A stretch of 64,000 nucleotides of DNA from an uncultured Actinomycetes bacterium (GTDB lineage Bacteria; Actinomycetota; Thermoleophilia; Gaiellales; JALYLC01), in contig CAWCFJ010000012.1 in assembly GCA_963794695.1 (NCBI GenBank), forward strand, positions 69,713-133,712. Direction: 5' to 3'. Position numbers and translations under genes: made by a program. Shown one piece after another: positions 42,491 to 54,831 of this stretch (position 1 is the stretch's first letter; each line of letters opens with the position of its first letter). The notes under the pieces are model-generated. The model was not told the origin of the DNA and ran no database searches. It saw only the letters and a list, made by a program, of their open reading frames with translations.

Positions 42491-42522
42491 GGCCGGGGGC
42501 TCCCACGTCGGAGCTCCCGGCC
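42491..42522 (+). terminator. GC-rich hairpin after the large secreted-protein gene
   Basis: GGCCGGGGGCTCC-CACGTC-GGAGCTCCCGGCC: a 13-bp stem with one mismatch, 13 nt after the stop. Confidence 0.5.
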
Positions 42523-42547
42523 GCCCGGCCCGCGCTACCCTGAACCC

Positions 42548-42925
42548 ATGCGCCTCGGCGTCTCCGCAGTGGTGGCGCTGGCCTTGCTCGCCGGCGCCAG
42601 CGACGGCACGACGACCGCCTCCACCCCGAACCTGCGGGGCGTGGTGCTGAGCGGCGCCGTCGCCCCTGGCTGCTACCCCGGTGAGCCGTGCGACCCGCCG
42701 GCGGGCCTCTCGACGTACCTCGGGTTCCGCCGCACCGGCCACGCGATGGTGCGACTCCGCCTCGCCCGCAACGGCGTCTTCGCGATCCACCTGACCCCCG
42801 GCTGGTACCGGCTGTCGCTCGCGCCGATGGTCGGCGCGGCGAGGCTCGTCCCGTCGGTGGTGCAGGTGCCGCGCGCGGGCCTGCGCCGCGTCACGGTGCA
42901 CGTCGTGCGGCCGGCAGGGCCCTGA
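42548..42925 (+). CDS. small exported hypothetical protein
   Basis: Intact 125-aa ORF with a signal-like N-terminus MRLGVSAVVALALLAGASDG. No recognisable family. Confidence 0.55.
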   Translation: MRLGVSAVVALALLAGASDGTTTASTPNLRGVVLSGAVAPGCYPGEPCDPPAGLSTYLGFRRTGHAMVRLRLARNGVFAIHLTPGWYRLSLAPMVGAARLVPSVVQVPRAGLRRVTVHVVRPAGP

Positions 42926-43163
42926 CCGCGTCCCGGAGCGACTCCGCTCCGTGCCGGTCGGATCGAGCTCGTCAAGGCCGACGATCTGATCGCCGCGTAC
43001 GCGGGCTCGTTCGACGACGAGACCTACCCTGCCGGGTACCTCGACGAGGTCCGCCGCGGGTGGGCTGGGCCCGTTTGACAGCGCGGCGCTCACGGCAGAG
43101 CGACCGAACTCGTCCGCCTGGCCACCTTCGACATCGACGTGGCCCGCGCCCACGAGCGTCTGA

Positions 43164-43194
43164 GCGCCGGCCGCAGCGCGTGAGCGGCCGGCGC
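43164..43194. terminator. bidirectional terminator-like hairpin between convergent genes
   Basis: GCGCCGGCCGC-AGCGCGTGA-GCGGCCGGCGC: a perfect 11-bp GC stem, 15 nt beyond the GH63-like stop (43209) on the minus strand. Confidence 0.55.
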
Positions 43195-43208
43195 CCGAGC
43201 TCCGCAGA

Positions 43209-45885
43209 TCAGGCTGGCGTCTCGGCGCGCCGCCTCTCGAGCACCTCGCCGAGGGTCGGGACGTGGCGGCCGTGGCTGCGCAGGATCAGGTCGGCCACCA
43301 GCCCGGTCCAGCCGGTCTGGTGGGTCGCGCCGAGCCCGGCGCCGTTGTCGCCGTGGAAGTACTCGAAGAACAGGATGTTGTCCTTCCAGTGCGGATCGCT
43401 CTGGAACTGCTCGACCCAGCCGAAGCACGGCCGCCGCCCGTCCGGCCCGACCAGGAACAGCGAGATCAGGCGGCGGCGCAGGTCGGCCGCGATCTCCGCC
43501 ATCGTCAGCCGGTTCCCCGAGCCGACCGGGTACTCGAGCGTGACGTCGTCGCCGAGCAGCCGGGCGTAGCGGGTCAGCGCGCTGATCACCAGGTAGTTGA
43601 CGGGCATCCAGATCGGCCCGCGCCAGTTCGAGTTACCGCCGAACATGCCCGTGGTGGACTCCGCCGGCTCGTAGCCGATCGAGCTCAGGCTGCCCTCGAC
43701 CTCCAGCGAGAACGGGTGCTCCAGGTGGTGGCGCGACACCGCCCGCAGGCCGTACGGGGAGAGGAACCGGTCCTCGTGGAACAGCCGCTCGAACACCCGC
43801 AGCACCCGCTCCAGCCCGACGACCCCGAGCAGGAGCTTGCCCTCGCCGATCTCGGGCGGGAGCACGCCGTCACGCTTCAGCTGCTCGATCTCCTCGCGCC
43901 GGCGGCCCAGGAGCGCAGCGCCGCGGCGGTTGACGATCTTCGTCTGCTCGACGGACTCCTCGTCCACGACCGCCACCGCGAACAGCGGCAGCACGCCGAC
44001 CATCGAGCGCACCTTCACCGCCTGGGTCGAGCCGTCGGGGGCGCGCAGCCGGTCGTAGAAGAAGCCGTCCTCCTCGTCCCACAGGCCCTGGCTCTGGAGC
44101 GCCTCGGAGATCAGCGCGAGCTGCTCCACGAACTTCACGATCAGGTCCGTCTGCGGCCGGTCCGGCTGGTGCAGGAGCGTCGCCAGCGCGGCCATGCTGA
44201 GCGCGTAGAACGCCATCCAGCCCGTGCCGTCGGACTGCTCGAGGGTGTACCCCTCGGGCAGGTGCGAGCGGTCGATCGGCCCGATGTTGTCGAGCCCCAG
44301 GAAGCCGCCCTCGAACAGGTTGCTGCCGTCGCGGTCCTGGCGGTTGATCCACCAGGTGAAGTTGACCAGGAGCTTCTGGAACACCCGGTTGAGGAAGCCG
44401 TAGTCGCGCGCGCCGTCGATCGCGAACACCTCGAGGGCGGCCCACGCCTGCACCGGCGGGTTCACGTCGTCGAACGACCACTCGTAGGCCGCGAGGGCGC
44501 CGTTCGGGTGCTGGAACCACTCCCGGCAGAGCAGGATCAGCTGGTACTTCGCGAAGGCGGGATCGACGTGCGCCAGCGCGACGCAGTGGAACGCCGAGTC
44601 CCAGGCGGCGAACCACGGGTACTCCCACTTGTCGGGCATCGACATGATGTCGACCGCCTCGAACGTCCGCCAGCTCCGGTTGCGCCCGCCGCGCCGCGAC
44701 TCGGGCGGCGGGGGCTGGGTCGGATCGCCGTCGAGCCAGCGGGCGACGTCGTAGTAGAAGAGCTGCTTGCTCCACAGCATCCCGGCGAACGCCTGGCGCA
44801 GCACCAGCGCCTCGTCGTCGGAGGCCGACGCCGGCGTCAGCTCGGCGTAGAACTCGTCCGCCTCGGCGAGGCGCTCGGCCACGACCTCGTCGTACCCGCG
44901 CCACGGATCGCCGGTCGAGCCGCTCGGGCGCACCCGCACGCGGACGACGGCGGTCGCGCCGGGCTCGACCGTGACGGTGTGCCAGAACGCGACCTTCGTC
45001 CCGGACTCCGCAGCCACCGTCTCGGCGCCGTCGACCACGTGGTCGTTGATCCCGTCCTTCGGGAACGGCGTGGCGCCCGGCGAGCCGAACAGCCGCTCGC
45101 TGTTGGTCTCGTTCTCGCAGAACAGCACCGGCGGCGCGCCCTCCGAGACCAGCTCGAGCGAGCCCAGGAACGGGTGCTCGGTGACCACCCGCGCCGGGCC
45201 GTCGAGCCGCAGCTCCGGCCGCGGCGCGTCGACGTCCCAGCTCCAGGTGTTGCGGTACCAGGCCGTCGGCAGCACGTGCAGCGTCTCGGTCTCCGGCCCG
45301 ACGTTGGTGACGCTGACCGTCATCAGCAGGTCGTGCGGGTCGGCCTTCGCGTAGGAGACCTCGCAGATCCAGTAGCGATCGTCCTCGAAGGCCCCGGTGT
45401 CGAGCAGCTCGTACTCGGGGTCGTGTCGGCCGCGCCGGCCGTTCTCGGCGACCAGGTCACCGTAGGGGAACGGCCCCTGCGGATAGTGGTAGCGCCAGCG
45501 GTTCCAGGCGTGGCTCGGCAGCGCGTCGAGGTACCACCAGTAGTCCTTCGCGTCCTCGCCGTGGTTGCCCTCGTTGCCCGTGAGCCCGAAGATCCGCTCC
45601 TTGAGGATCGGGTCGCGCCCGTTCCACAGCGCGAGCCCCAGGCACAGCCGCTGCTCCACGTCGGAGAAGCCGGCGAGCCCGTCCTCGCCCCAGCGGTAGG
45701 CCCGCGAGCGCGCGTGGTCGTGCGGCAGGTACTCCCACGCCGTCCCGCCCGGCGCTGTAGTCCTCGCGCACCGTGCCCCACTGGCGCTCGCTCAGGTACG
45801 GCCCCCAGTGGTACCACGGCCCCGCAGCCTGCAGCCCGTTCTCGAGCCTGCCGAACGTCTCGACGCGGTCGCGCTCGATGCTCAT
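43209..45885 (-). CDS. GH63-like (MGH1-type) glycoside hydrolase, ~890 aa; 1 frame switch as read
   Basis: The N-terminus in ORF 45457..45885 ([21 protein letters not shown]) joins ORF 43209..45659 near 45750 (...[63 protein letters not shown]...). The remaining 2.4 kb is uninterrupted. Confidence 0.8.
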
Positions 45886-45977
45886 GTCGGTTCATCCCTC
45901 GGTCGTCTCGGACGCTCCAAAGGACTCCGCAGGCCGACGCCCGGCGCATCGTCCTGGGCGGGTGAAGGCTGCCGGCG

Positions 45978-46286
45978 CTAGCCGGCCGGGGGAGGCCCGA
46001 AGCCCTCCTGCCGCTCGATCCGCATCCCCTCGCGGACCCAGGTCATGCAGGCGCGGGTGTTCGGCACCCCGTCGATCACGACCAGGCAGTCGAAGCACAC
46101 GCCCATCCCGCAGAAGACCCCGCGCGGCGCGCCGCCGGCGGTCGTCCGGGTCGCCAGGTGGCCCTCGGCCAGGAGCACGGTCGCCGCGGTCTCGCCCTCG
46201 TAGGCGGTGACCTCCCGCCCGTCGACCGTCACGGTCAGCGCGGGACCGCGCTCGAGCGCGCCGCCGACGGGCAGCCGCCGGGTCAC
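45978..46286 (-). CDS. small (2Fe-2S)-binding protein (HcnA / opine-oxidase small-subunit-like)
   Basis: The GTG at 46286 overlaps the permease stop (GTGA); 102 aa. LTVTVDGREVTAYEGETAATVLLAEG ... GVFCGMGVCFDCLVVIDGVPNTRACMT is the Fer2_4-type Cys pattern. Confidence 0.75.
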   Translation of the reverse strand: MTRRLPVGGALERGPALTVTVDGREVTAYEGETAATVLLAEGHLATRTTAGGAPRGVFCGMGVCFDCLVVIDGVPNTRACMTWVREGMRIERQEGFGPPPAG

Positions 46287-47266
46287 GTGACCCTCGGGTC
46301 GAGCATCCGGTAGCCGATGTCGACGAGCAGGTTGAAGACCGCGACGGAGATCGCGGCCAGCTCGACGGTGCCGGCGATCACCGGCAGGTCGGTGGTCGTC
46401 AGGGCGTGGATCGCGAGGTTCCCGACCCCGTTCAGGCCGAACACGATCTCGACCACGATCGAGCCGCTGATGAGCAGGCCGATGTCCATGCCGAGCATCG
46501 TGACGACCGGCGTGAGCGCGGGTCGCAGGGTGTGGCGGCGCACGACCTGGATCCGGGTCAACCCCTTCGCCCGGGCCAGCAGGACGTAGTTCTCGCCGAT
46601 GACGTCGAGCATGCTCGAGCGCATGATCCGCGAGTACGCCGCGGCGTAGGTGAAGGCCAGCGTGAACCACGGCAGCACCAGGTGCCAGGCCCACTGCAGC
46701 GGGTCGGACGTGAACGGCACGTAGCCGGGCGCCGGGAAGATGCTGACCTTGTAGTACAGGAGGTAGATCAGCCCGATCCCGAGCAGGAACTGGGGCATCG
46801 ACACGCCCACCAGGGCGATGATCATCGCCGCCCGGTCGCGGAACGAGCGCGGGTGCAGCGCCGACAGGATCCCCACCGACAGGCCGAAGAAGAGCCACAG
46901 GATCACCCCGCCGAGGGCCAGCGACAGGGTCACCGGCAGGCGGTCGAGGATCGTGTCCAGCACCGGCTCCTCGTTCTTGAACGAGTAGCCCAGGTTCGGC
47001 GGCCAGTTCAGGATCCCGGACGGGTGGCCGTTGCCGATCAGGTCCGGCCCGTGCAGGAAGGCGAGGTACTGCTTCCAGACCGGCTGGTCGAGCCCCAGCC
47101 GGTGGCGGACGTCGGCGATCGTCTGCGGCGAGGCGCCCTTCGGCACCGCCGACACCGCCGGGTCGCCGGGCACGACGAAGAACAGCGTGTAGGTGATCGC
47201 CGCGATCAGCAGGACGAGCACCACGAGCCAGCCGAGCCGGCGCAGGATCATCGCCGACATGCTCAT
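46283..47266 (-). CDS. ABC transporter permease (DppB/OppB-like)
   Basis: Intact 327-aa ORF. Motifs: ILRRLGWLVVLVLLIAAITYTLFFVVPGDPA and an EAA loop (YVLLARAKGLTRIQVVRRHTLRPAL). Confidence 0.88.
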   Translation of the reverse strand: MSMSAMILRRLGWLVVLVLLIAAITYTLFFVVPGDPAVSAVPKGASPQTIADVRHRLGLDQPVWKQYLAFLHGPDLIGNGHPSGILNWPPNLGYSFKNEEPVLDTILDRLPVTLSLALGGVILWLFFGLSVGILSALHPRSFRDRAAMIIALVGVSMPQFLLGIGLIYLLYYKVSIFPAPGYVPFTSDPLQWAWHLVLPWFTLAFTYAAAYSRIMRSSMLDVIGENYVLLARAKGLTRIQVVRRHTLRPALTPVVTMLGMDIGLLISGSIVVEIVFGLNGVGNLAIHALTTTDLPVIAGTVELAAISVAVFNLLVDIGYRMLDPRVT

Positions 47267-47276
47267 CGAGGGAGCC

Positions 47277-48251
47277 TCACAGCCGGCCCTGCGTCGATCG
47301 AGGGTCGAGGGCGTCGCGCAGGCCGTCGCCGACCAGGTTGAAGGCGATGGTCGTCGTCAGCAGCGCGAACCCGGGCACCGCGATCATCCACCACGCGGTC
47401 GCGTAGTACTGCTGCCCGTCGGCCAGCATCTGGCCCCACGTCGCCGTCGGCGGCTGCAGCCCGAGCCCGAGGTACGAGAGCGACGCCTCGAGCAGGATGT
47501 TCACCGGGATGATCAGCGTCCCGTAGACGATCAGCGGGCCGATCAGGTTCGGCAGGACGTGGCGCCACATGATCCGCCAGTTGCCGGCGCCGAGCGCGCG
47601 GGCGGCGAGCACGTACTCCTGCTCGCGGATGATCAGCGCCTGGCCGCGCACGATCCTGGCGATGTACGGCCAGGTCGCGAACGCGACGATCACGATCATC
47701 ACCCACAGGCTCGCCCCGAACACCGCCCGGATGGCCAGGCCGAGCAGCAGGATCGGGAAGCACAGCACCACGTCCACGGTGCGGGACAGGGTCGTGTCGA
47801 GCGCGCCGCGCATGAAGCCGGCGGCCACGCCGACGGCGGTGCCGATGACCATCGCGACCAGCGTCGAGACCAGCCCGATGAGCAGCGAGATCCGGGCCCC
47901 GTAGACCGTGCGGGTGAGCAGGTCGCGGCCGAACTGGTCGGCGCCGAGCCAGAACCGCAGGTGCGCGTTCGGCCCCTTCGGCAGGCCGAAGTCGGTGGTC
48001 ATGTCGTACTGGTGGGAGAGGTCGTTCGGCGGGTGGCCGTTGATCGCGGCCACCAGCGGGGCGCAGATCGCGAGCAGCACGATCACGACCAGGTAGATCA
48101 GCCCGATCGACGCCGCCCGGTCCCGGCGCAGCCGGCGCATGACGCTCCGAAGCTGCGAGCGCGAGACGGTGCCAGGGGTGACGCCGGGCCCGGCGAACCC
48201 GCCGCCGAGGTCGACGCTGCCGGTCTGCCCGGCTCCGCCGACGACGCTCAC
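47277..48251 (-). CDS. ABC transporter permease (DppC/OppC-like)
   Basis: The GTG at 48251 overlaps the DUF1028 stop (GTGA). This is the C-terminal part of ORF 47277..51200. Motifs: FWLGADQFGRDLLTRTVYGARISL and YVLAARALGAGNWRIMWRHVLPN. Intact. Confidence 0.85.
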   Translation of the reverse strand: MSVVGGAGQTGSVDLGGGFAGPGVTPGTVSRSQLRSVMRRLRRDRAASIGLIYLVVIVLLAICAPLVAAINGHPPNDLSHQYDMTTDFGLPKGPNAHLRFWLGADQFGRDLLTRTVYGARISLLIGLVSTLVAMVIGTAVGVAAGFMRGALDTTLSRTVDVVLCFPILLLGLAIRAVFGASLWVMIVIVAFATWPYIARIVRGQALIIREQEYVLAARALGAGNWRIMWRHVLPNLIGPLIVYGTLIIPVNILLEASLSYLGLGLQPPTATWGQMLADGQQYYATAWWMIAVPGFALLTTTIAFNLVGDGLRDALDPRSTQGRL

Positions 48252-48884
48252 GCGCGGCGCCCTACCGGCTCGAGCTCGTCGATCGGACCGAACGCCGGCG
48301 CCAGCTCGACCAGGCCGACGAGCCGGTGCACCGGCCGCTCGTGGTCGTCGACCCGCAGGTCGATCGGCGGCCCGTCCCAGATCCGGACGGCCGCCGCCTG
48401 GCGCCCGCGGCGGTCGCCGCCGGCCTCGTCCCCCGCGAGCAGGGCCGTGACCAGCCGCTCGAGGAACGGCTCGCTCGCGCCCTCCTCGAAGCTCGCGGCC
48501 ATGGCCTCCACCACCTGGGCGCCGGCCAGGATGTTCCCCTGGACGGCGTAGCCGCGCCCGCACATCCCGCCCGCCCAGGGCAGGCACTGCGAGCCGGTGT
48601 AGGAGGCAACCCGCCCGTCGGCGTCGACGATCCCGAGCTGCCGCTGCGGGGCCTCGGGGTCGCCGGCCGTCAGCCGCTGCACGGTGCTCGCGGCGGAGTG
48701 CCCGGCGAGCGACCAGGGCGAGACCCTCGTAGCCGTAGCGCAGGTCGTGGAACGCCTGGGTGGCGATCGCGCACACGCCCGGCGCGCCCCACGGCACGTG
48801 GGCCCCGACGCACAGCGCCTTCGAGGCCACGGCCACGCCGCGGCGGCCCGTGGCCTCGTCGATCGCCACGATCGAGTAGGTCAT
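48248..48884 (-). CDS. DUF1028 family (Ntn-hydrolase-like) protein, short form; 1 frame switch as read
   Basis: The ATG at 48884 overlaps the previous stop (ATGA). MTYSIVAIDEATGRRGVAVASKALCVGAHVPWGAPGVCAIATQA, then ORF 48248..48682 (QRQLGIVDADGRVASYTGSQCLPWAGG ... GDRRGRQAAAV). Switch near 48712. Confidence 0.7.
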
Positions 48885-49732
48885 GCCGGAACGCCGCCCG
48901 CCTGGCGGCGCAGGTGGTCGAGCACCAGCGGGTCGATCTTGCCCGGGTGGGCGTGGCGCTCCTCGAAGTTCTCGGTGCCGACCCACTGCTCGAGCGCCCG
49001 CTCGAAGCCGAGCCCCTCGACGTCGTAGCCCAGCGAGGTGATCCGCTCGCGCACCTCCGCCGCCAGCGCCTCGTCGAGCTCGACCAGGGTGTCGGGGTCC
49101 GAGCGGCAGAAGTACAGGTTGTGCAGGTCGACCAGCCGGCCGAGCTCGGCCACCGGGTCGGCGTCGTCGTCGACCCGCAGGTCGACCGCGATGTCGAGCC
49201 CGCCGCCGTAGGCGGCGTCGTCGCGCCACACGCTCACCGCGGCGGACTGGCGGCCACGCCGGTCGCCGCCGGCGGCCTCGCCGGCCTCGAGCGCCCGCAG
49301 CAGCCGGCGGACGAAGAGCTCGCCGGCGGCTCCGCGGTAGGCGTCGCGCATCGCCTCGATCACCTGCGGGCCGGCCAGGATGTTGCCCTGCACCGAGATC
49401 TCGCCGTCGGTCAGGCCGCCGGCCCAGTCGAGGCAGTCCGAGCCGGTGTGGTTCGCGGCCCGGCCCTCGGCGTCGACGACGCCGACCTGGCGCTGGCTGA
49501 CCAGCGGGTCGCCGTCGGTCAGCCGAGCGACGACGTCGGCCGCGGCCGCGCCCTCGGCGAGCAGCTCGAGGCCGCCCGGGCCGTACTCGAGATTGGCCAG
49601 GGCCTGGGTGGCGATCGCGCCGCGGCCCGCACCGCCCCAGGGGACGGCGTGGCCGACGGCCAGGCACTTGGAAGCGACCGCGACGCCCCACGAACGGGTG
49701 TCGGGGTCGAAGGCCACGATCGAGAAGGTCAT
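48881..49732 (-). CDS. DUF1028 family (Ntn-hydrolase-like) protein with C-terminal extension
   Basis: Intact 283-aa ORF: MTFSIVAFDPDTRSWGVAVASKCLAVGHAVPWGGAGRGAIATQA ... GDRRGRQSAAV. It carries an extra ~70-aa helical C-terminal domain (LDEALAAEVRERITSLGYDVEG...), as seen in longer family members. Confidence 0.8.
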   Translation of the reverse strand: MTFSIVAFDPDTRSWGVAVASKCLAVGHAVPWGGAGRGAIATQALANLEYGPGGLELLAEGAAAADVVARLTDGDPLVSQRQVGVVDAEGRAANHTGSDCLDWAGGLTDGEISVQGNILAGPQVIEAMRDAYRGAAGELFVRRLLRALEAGEAAGGDRRGRQSAAVSVWRDDAAYGGGLDIAVDLRVDDDADPVAELGRLVDLHNLYFCRSDPDTLVELDEALAAEVRERITSLGYDVEGLGFERALEQWVGTENFEERHAHPGKIDPLVLDHLRRQAGGVPA

Positions 49733-49777
49733 CGCGTTCCTCGGAATCGACGGTACAACGAATCAGGGGGGTGGTCA

Positions 49778-49804
49778 GGGGGAGGGAGCGTCGCTCCCTC
49801 CCCC
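49778..49804. terminator. 27-nt near-perfect palindrome between the SBP and DUF1028 genes
   Basis: GGGGGAGGGAGCG-T-CGCTCCCTCCCCC (49778-49804), 28 nt downstream of the SBP stop on the minus strand. Could be an intra-operon attenuator or an mRNA-stabilising hairpin. Confidence 0.5.
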
Positions 49805-49831
49805 GGCCCGGTCTCACCGAGCGAGGTCGGC

Positions 49832-51547
49832 TCAGGAGTTGATCCAGACGTTCGCCATGTCGGCGTTGTGGTGCCACGGCGAGTACGATCCAGCCGCCGA
49901 GGCGCTTCGACCACAGGAACGGCTCCTTCTGGTAGAGCCACGGCGCCCACGGGGCGTCCTTCATGATCCGCTTGTCGAGGGCGGCCCACTGCGTGGCCCG
50001 GGCGGCGGCGCTGCGGGTGGCCAGGGTCTTGTCGATCTGGGCGTCGACCTGCGGGTTCGAGTACTCGGCCATGTTGTTGTTCGCGGCCGGCAGGATCGAC
50101 TTCGAGTAGAACAGCGGCAGGAAGTACGAGCGGGCGCCGTCACCCGGGTAGTCGGGGCACCACTCGGCGTCGGCGATCTGGTGCTCGTTGCGCTTCGCCG
50201 GGAAGAGCAGCGAGTCGTAGTAGATGTTGAAGCCCTGGTAGGTCTTGATGTTCAGCTTGATCCCGACGCGGGCCAGCGAGGCCTGCAGGGCGGTGGTGAA
50301 GGCCGGGCCGTAGCCGGTGCTCGAGCCGACGTAGTTCAGCGTCAGCCCGTTCGGGTAGCCGGCCTTCGCTTGAGCAGGGCCTTGGCCTTGTCGACGTCGC
50401 CGCGGTCGTCCTTCGACGGGTACAGGTTGTAGTTCTGGTAGCCGAACTCGGTCGGCGGCAGGATGCTGCTGCGCGATGTCGCCGGCGAGCGTGCCGCCGC
50501 GGGTGCGCCGCAGCGACTGCTTGTCGATCGCGTAGTTGATCGCCTGGCGCACCAGCACGTTCGAGATCGCGCCGGCCTTCGGGTTGGTGTTCAGCGGCAT
50601 GTACTCGACGCAGCCCGTCGGCTTGACCGTCAGAACTGGCCCTTCAGGTTCGGGTCGGTCGAGAGCTTCTGCAGGTCGGCCACCGGCGGGTCCAGGTTCA
50701 GCGACATGTCGGCGTCGCCCTTCTGGATCGCCAGCGTCGCCGCGTCGGCCGTGCCGCCGATCGACACCTCGACGCGGTCGACCCAGGCCTTGCGCAGCGG
50801 GTCGGTCGCCGCCGACCAGTTCGGGTTGCGGACGAACGTCAGCGACGAGCCGGGCTTGTAGCTCTGCACCATGTACGGCCCGATGGCCACGACGTGCTTC
50901 GAGTACGCCGAGCCGACCGGGTACTTCGACGCGACCTCCTTCGGCACCGGCGCGAAGAAGCCCATCGAGAGGATCGACAGGAAGTCGCCGGCCGGCTTGA
51001 CCAGGGTGATCTGCAGCGTCGTGTCGTTGATCGCCTTGATGCCGCTGATCGTCTTGGCCTTGCCGGCGCCGAACTCCTTCGTGCCCTTGATCAGCAGGGC
51101 GTACGGCTGGCCGCTCGACGGGGTCTTCTTGTCGAACATGCGGGCCAGCGCGTAGACGAAGTCCTGCGCGACGAGGTCGCGGTTGACCGGCGGCGCCCAC
51201 TTCACGCCCTTGCGCAGCGTGAAGGTGTAGGTCAGGCCGTCGGCCGAGATCTTGGCCGGCTTCGCGGCCAGGTCGGGCACCGGGGTGGCGGCGACCTTCG
51301 GGTCGGTCGACGACTTGTAGGCGTACAGCGTGCGCGAGTACAGCCGCTGCAGCGCCCAGCCGACCGGCGAGTAGCTGTCGCCGGTGTCCAGGAAGTCGAC
51401 GTCGTCCCCGTCGATCACGTGCAGCGTCCCGCCCTTCTGCGGCGCGGCGGCGCGCTGCGCGCCGTCACCCCGCTGTCCCGCGCCCAGGCTGAGCGCGGGG
51501 ACCGCGGCCATGGCCGCGAGCACCGCTACGACACCTATGCGACGCAT
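49832..51547 (-). CDS. ABC transporter substrate-binding protein, family 5; 4 frame switches as read
   Basis: ORF 50630..51547 gives a signal peptide [24 protein letters not shown] and the N-domain. It continues in ORF 47277..51200 and a third frame ([32 protein letters not shown]) and ends ...[19 protein letters not shown] at 49832. Switches near 50636, 50462, 50372 and 49888. Confidence 0.75.
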
Positions 51548-51589
51548 TCTGACTCCCTCCCTCGAGTGAACACTGCTCTCTCCCCTCCG

Positions 51590-53634
<2,045 letters not shown>

Positions 53635-53690
53635 GGGCGGCGTCGGCCGGCCCGCCGTTGCGCTGCGCAGCGCCTGGTGCAGGGGCCCCG

Positions 53691-54824
53691 TCAGCCGTTG
53701 ACGACCAGGTCCTTCGGGTAGCTGTTGAGGTAGCGCCCGCCGCCCTCGGCGCAGACCACGATGTCCTCGATGCGGACGCTGTGGCCGCCGGGGATCATGA
53801 TCGAGGGCTCGTCGGTGAAGGTCATGCCTGCCTCGAGCGGCGTCTCGTCCTCCTCGGACACGAACGGCTTCTCGTGCACGTCCTTGCCGATGCCGTGGCC
53901 CATGCGGTGGCGGAAGTACTCGCCGTAGCCAGCGTCCTCGATCGGCTTTCGGCAGGCCGCGTTGACGTCGCGGGCCAGCGTGCCCGGCGTGCAGGCGGCG
54001 CGCCCGGCCTCCTGCGCGGCCAGCATCACCTCGTACGTGTGGCGGTACTCGTCGTCCGGCTCGCCGATGAAGATGGTGCGGCCGAAGTCGGAGCAGTAGC
54101 CGTCGACGACGCCGCCGAAGTCGAACATCACCGAGGTGCCCTCGGGGATCGGCTCCCAGGCCCGCGCGTTGCCGGAGTCGAGCTCGGTGGGGCCGAAGCC
54201 GGTCATCATGTGGGTGGTGAAGGACGGGCAGCGCGAGCCCGCGACCTTGAGCTCGTGCTCCACCGCCTCGACCAGCCCGCCCATCGAGATGCCGGCGACG
54301 CACAGCGGGGTGACCGCGGCCATCGCCTTCTCGACGGTGTCGACGGCCCGGCCCATCGCGGCCAGCTCGTCCTCGTCCTTGACCCGGCGCATGCCGTTGA
54401 CGTAGCGGCTGCCGGTCTGCAGCCGGTCGAAGCCGACGACCTTCGCCAGGTTGATCGTGGCCTCGGACCAGACGCGGTCGCCGATCGCCACCGTGCCGCT
54501 CGACGGGATCCGCTTCGCGAGCTCGGCGAACAGCGCGACGCCGTCGTCCTTCTCGTTGATGACCACCAGCTCGCCGTCGGGCTTGTCGGGCAGGTCGAAG
54601 GTGGCGAACATCCGCGGGAAGACGAACACCGGGTCGGCGTCGGGCCGGAAGAACCCGCCGATGGCCCAGCCGTGGGCGTACGAGGCCTCGCCGAAGTTCG
54701 GGATCTGGCGCTCGACGCCGGCGAGGTACTCGAGGTCGGCCGACGGGGCCAGGAAGAGCGCGGCGATGCCGTTCTCCTCGAGGATCCCGGCGAGGCGCTT
54801 CTGGCGGGCCTGGTAGTCGAACAC
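53691..54824 (-). CDS. M24-family metallopeptidase (Xaa-Pro aminopeptidase / creatinase fold)
   Basis: Intact 377-aa ORF. It has a creatinase/prolidase N-domain and a pita-bread domain with metal ligands (DFGGVVDGYCSDFGRT, HRMGHGIGKDVHE, FTDEPS, IEDIVV). Confidence 0.88.
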   Translation of the reverse strand: MFDYQARQKRLAGILEENGIAALFLAPSADLEYLAGVERQIPNFGEASYAHGWAIGGFFRPDADPVFVFPRMFATFDLPDKPDGELVVINEKDDGVALFAELAKRIPSSGTVAIGDRVWSEATINLAKVVGFDRLQTGSRYVNGMRRVKDEDELAAMGRAVDTVEKAMAAVTPLCVAGISMGGLVEAVEHELKVAGSRCPSFTTHMMTGFGPTELDSGNARAWEPIPEGTSVMFDFGGVVDGYCSDFGRTIFIGEPDDEYRHTYEVMLAAQEAGRAACTPGTLARDVNAACRKPIEDAGYGEYFRHRMGHGIGKDVHEKPFVSEEDETPLEAGMTFTDEPSIMIPGGHSVRIEDIVVCAEGGGRYLNSYPKDLVVNG

Positions 54825-54831
54825 GTTCGTC

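Noticed and set aside
43263-45965. 900-aa plus-strand ORF, the longest single ORF on that strand
   Set aside because: It lies exactly antisense to the GH63-like gene. Its translation is Arg/Ala/Gly/Pro/Val-rich low-complexity sequence with no family motifs. This is a typical shadow ORF of a high-GC genome.
47277-51200. 1307-aa minus-strand ORF that looks like a giant protein
   Set aside because: It is a concatenation. Only its last ~324 codons (the DppC-like permease) and an internal stretch of the SBP are real coding sequence in this frame. The middle is an out-of-frame read-through of the two DUF1028 genes.
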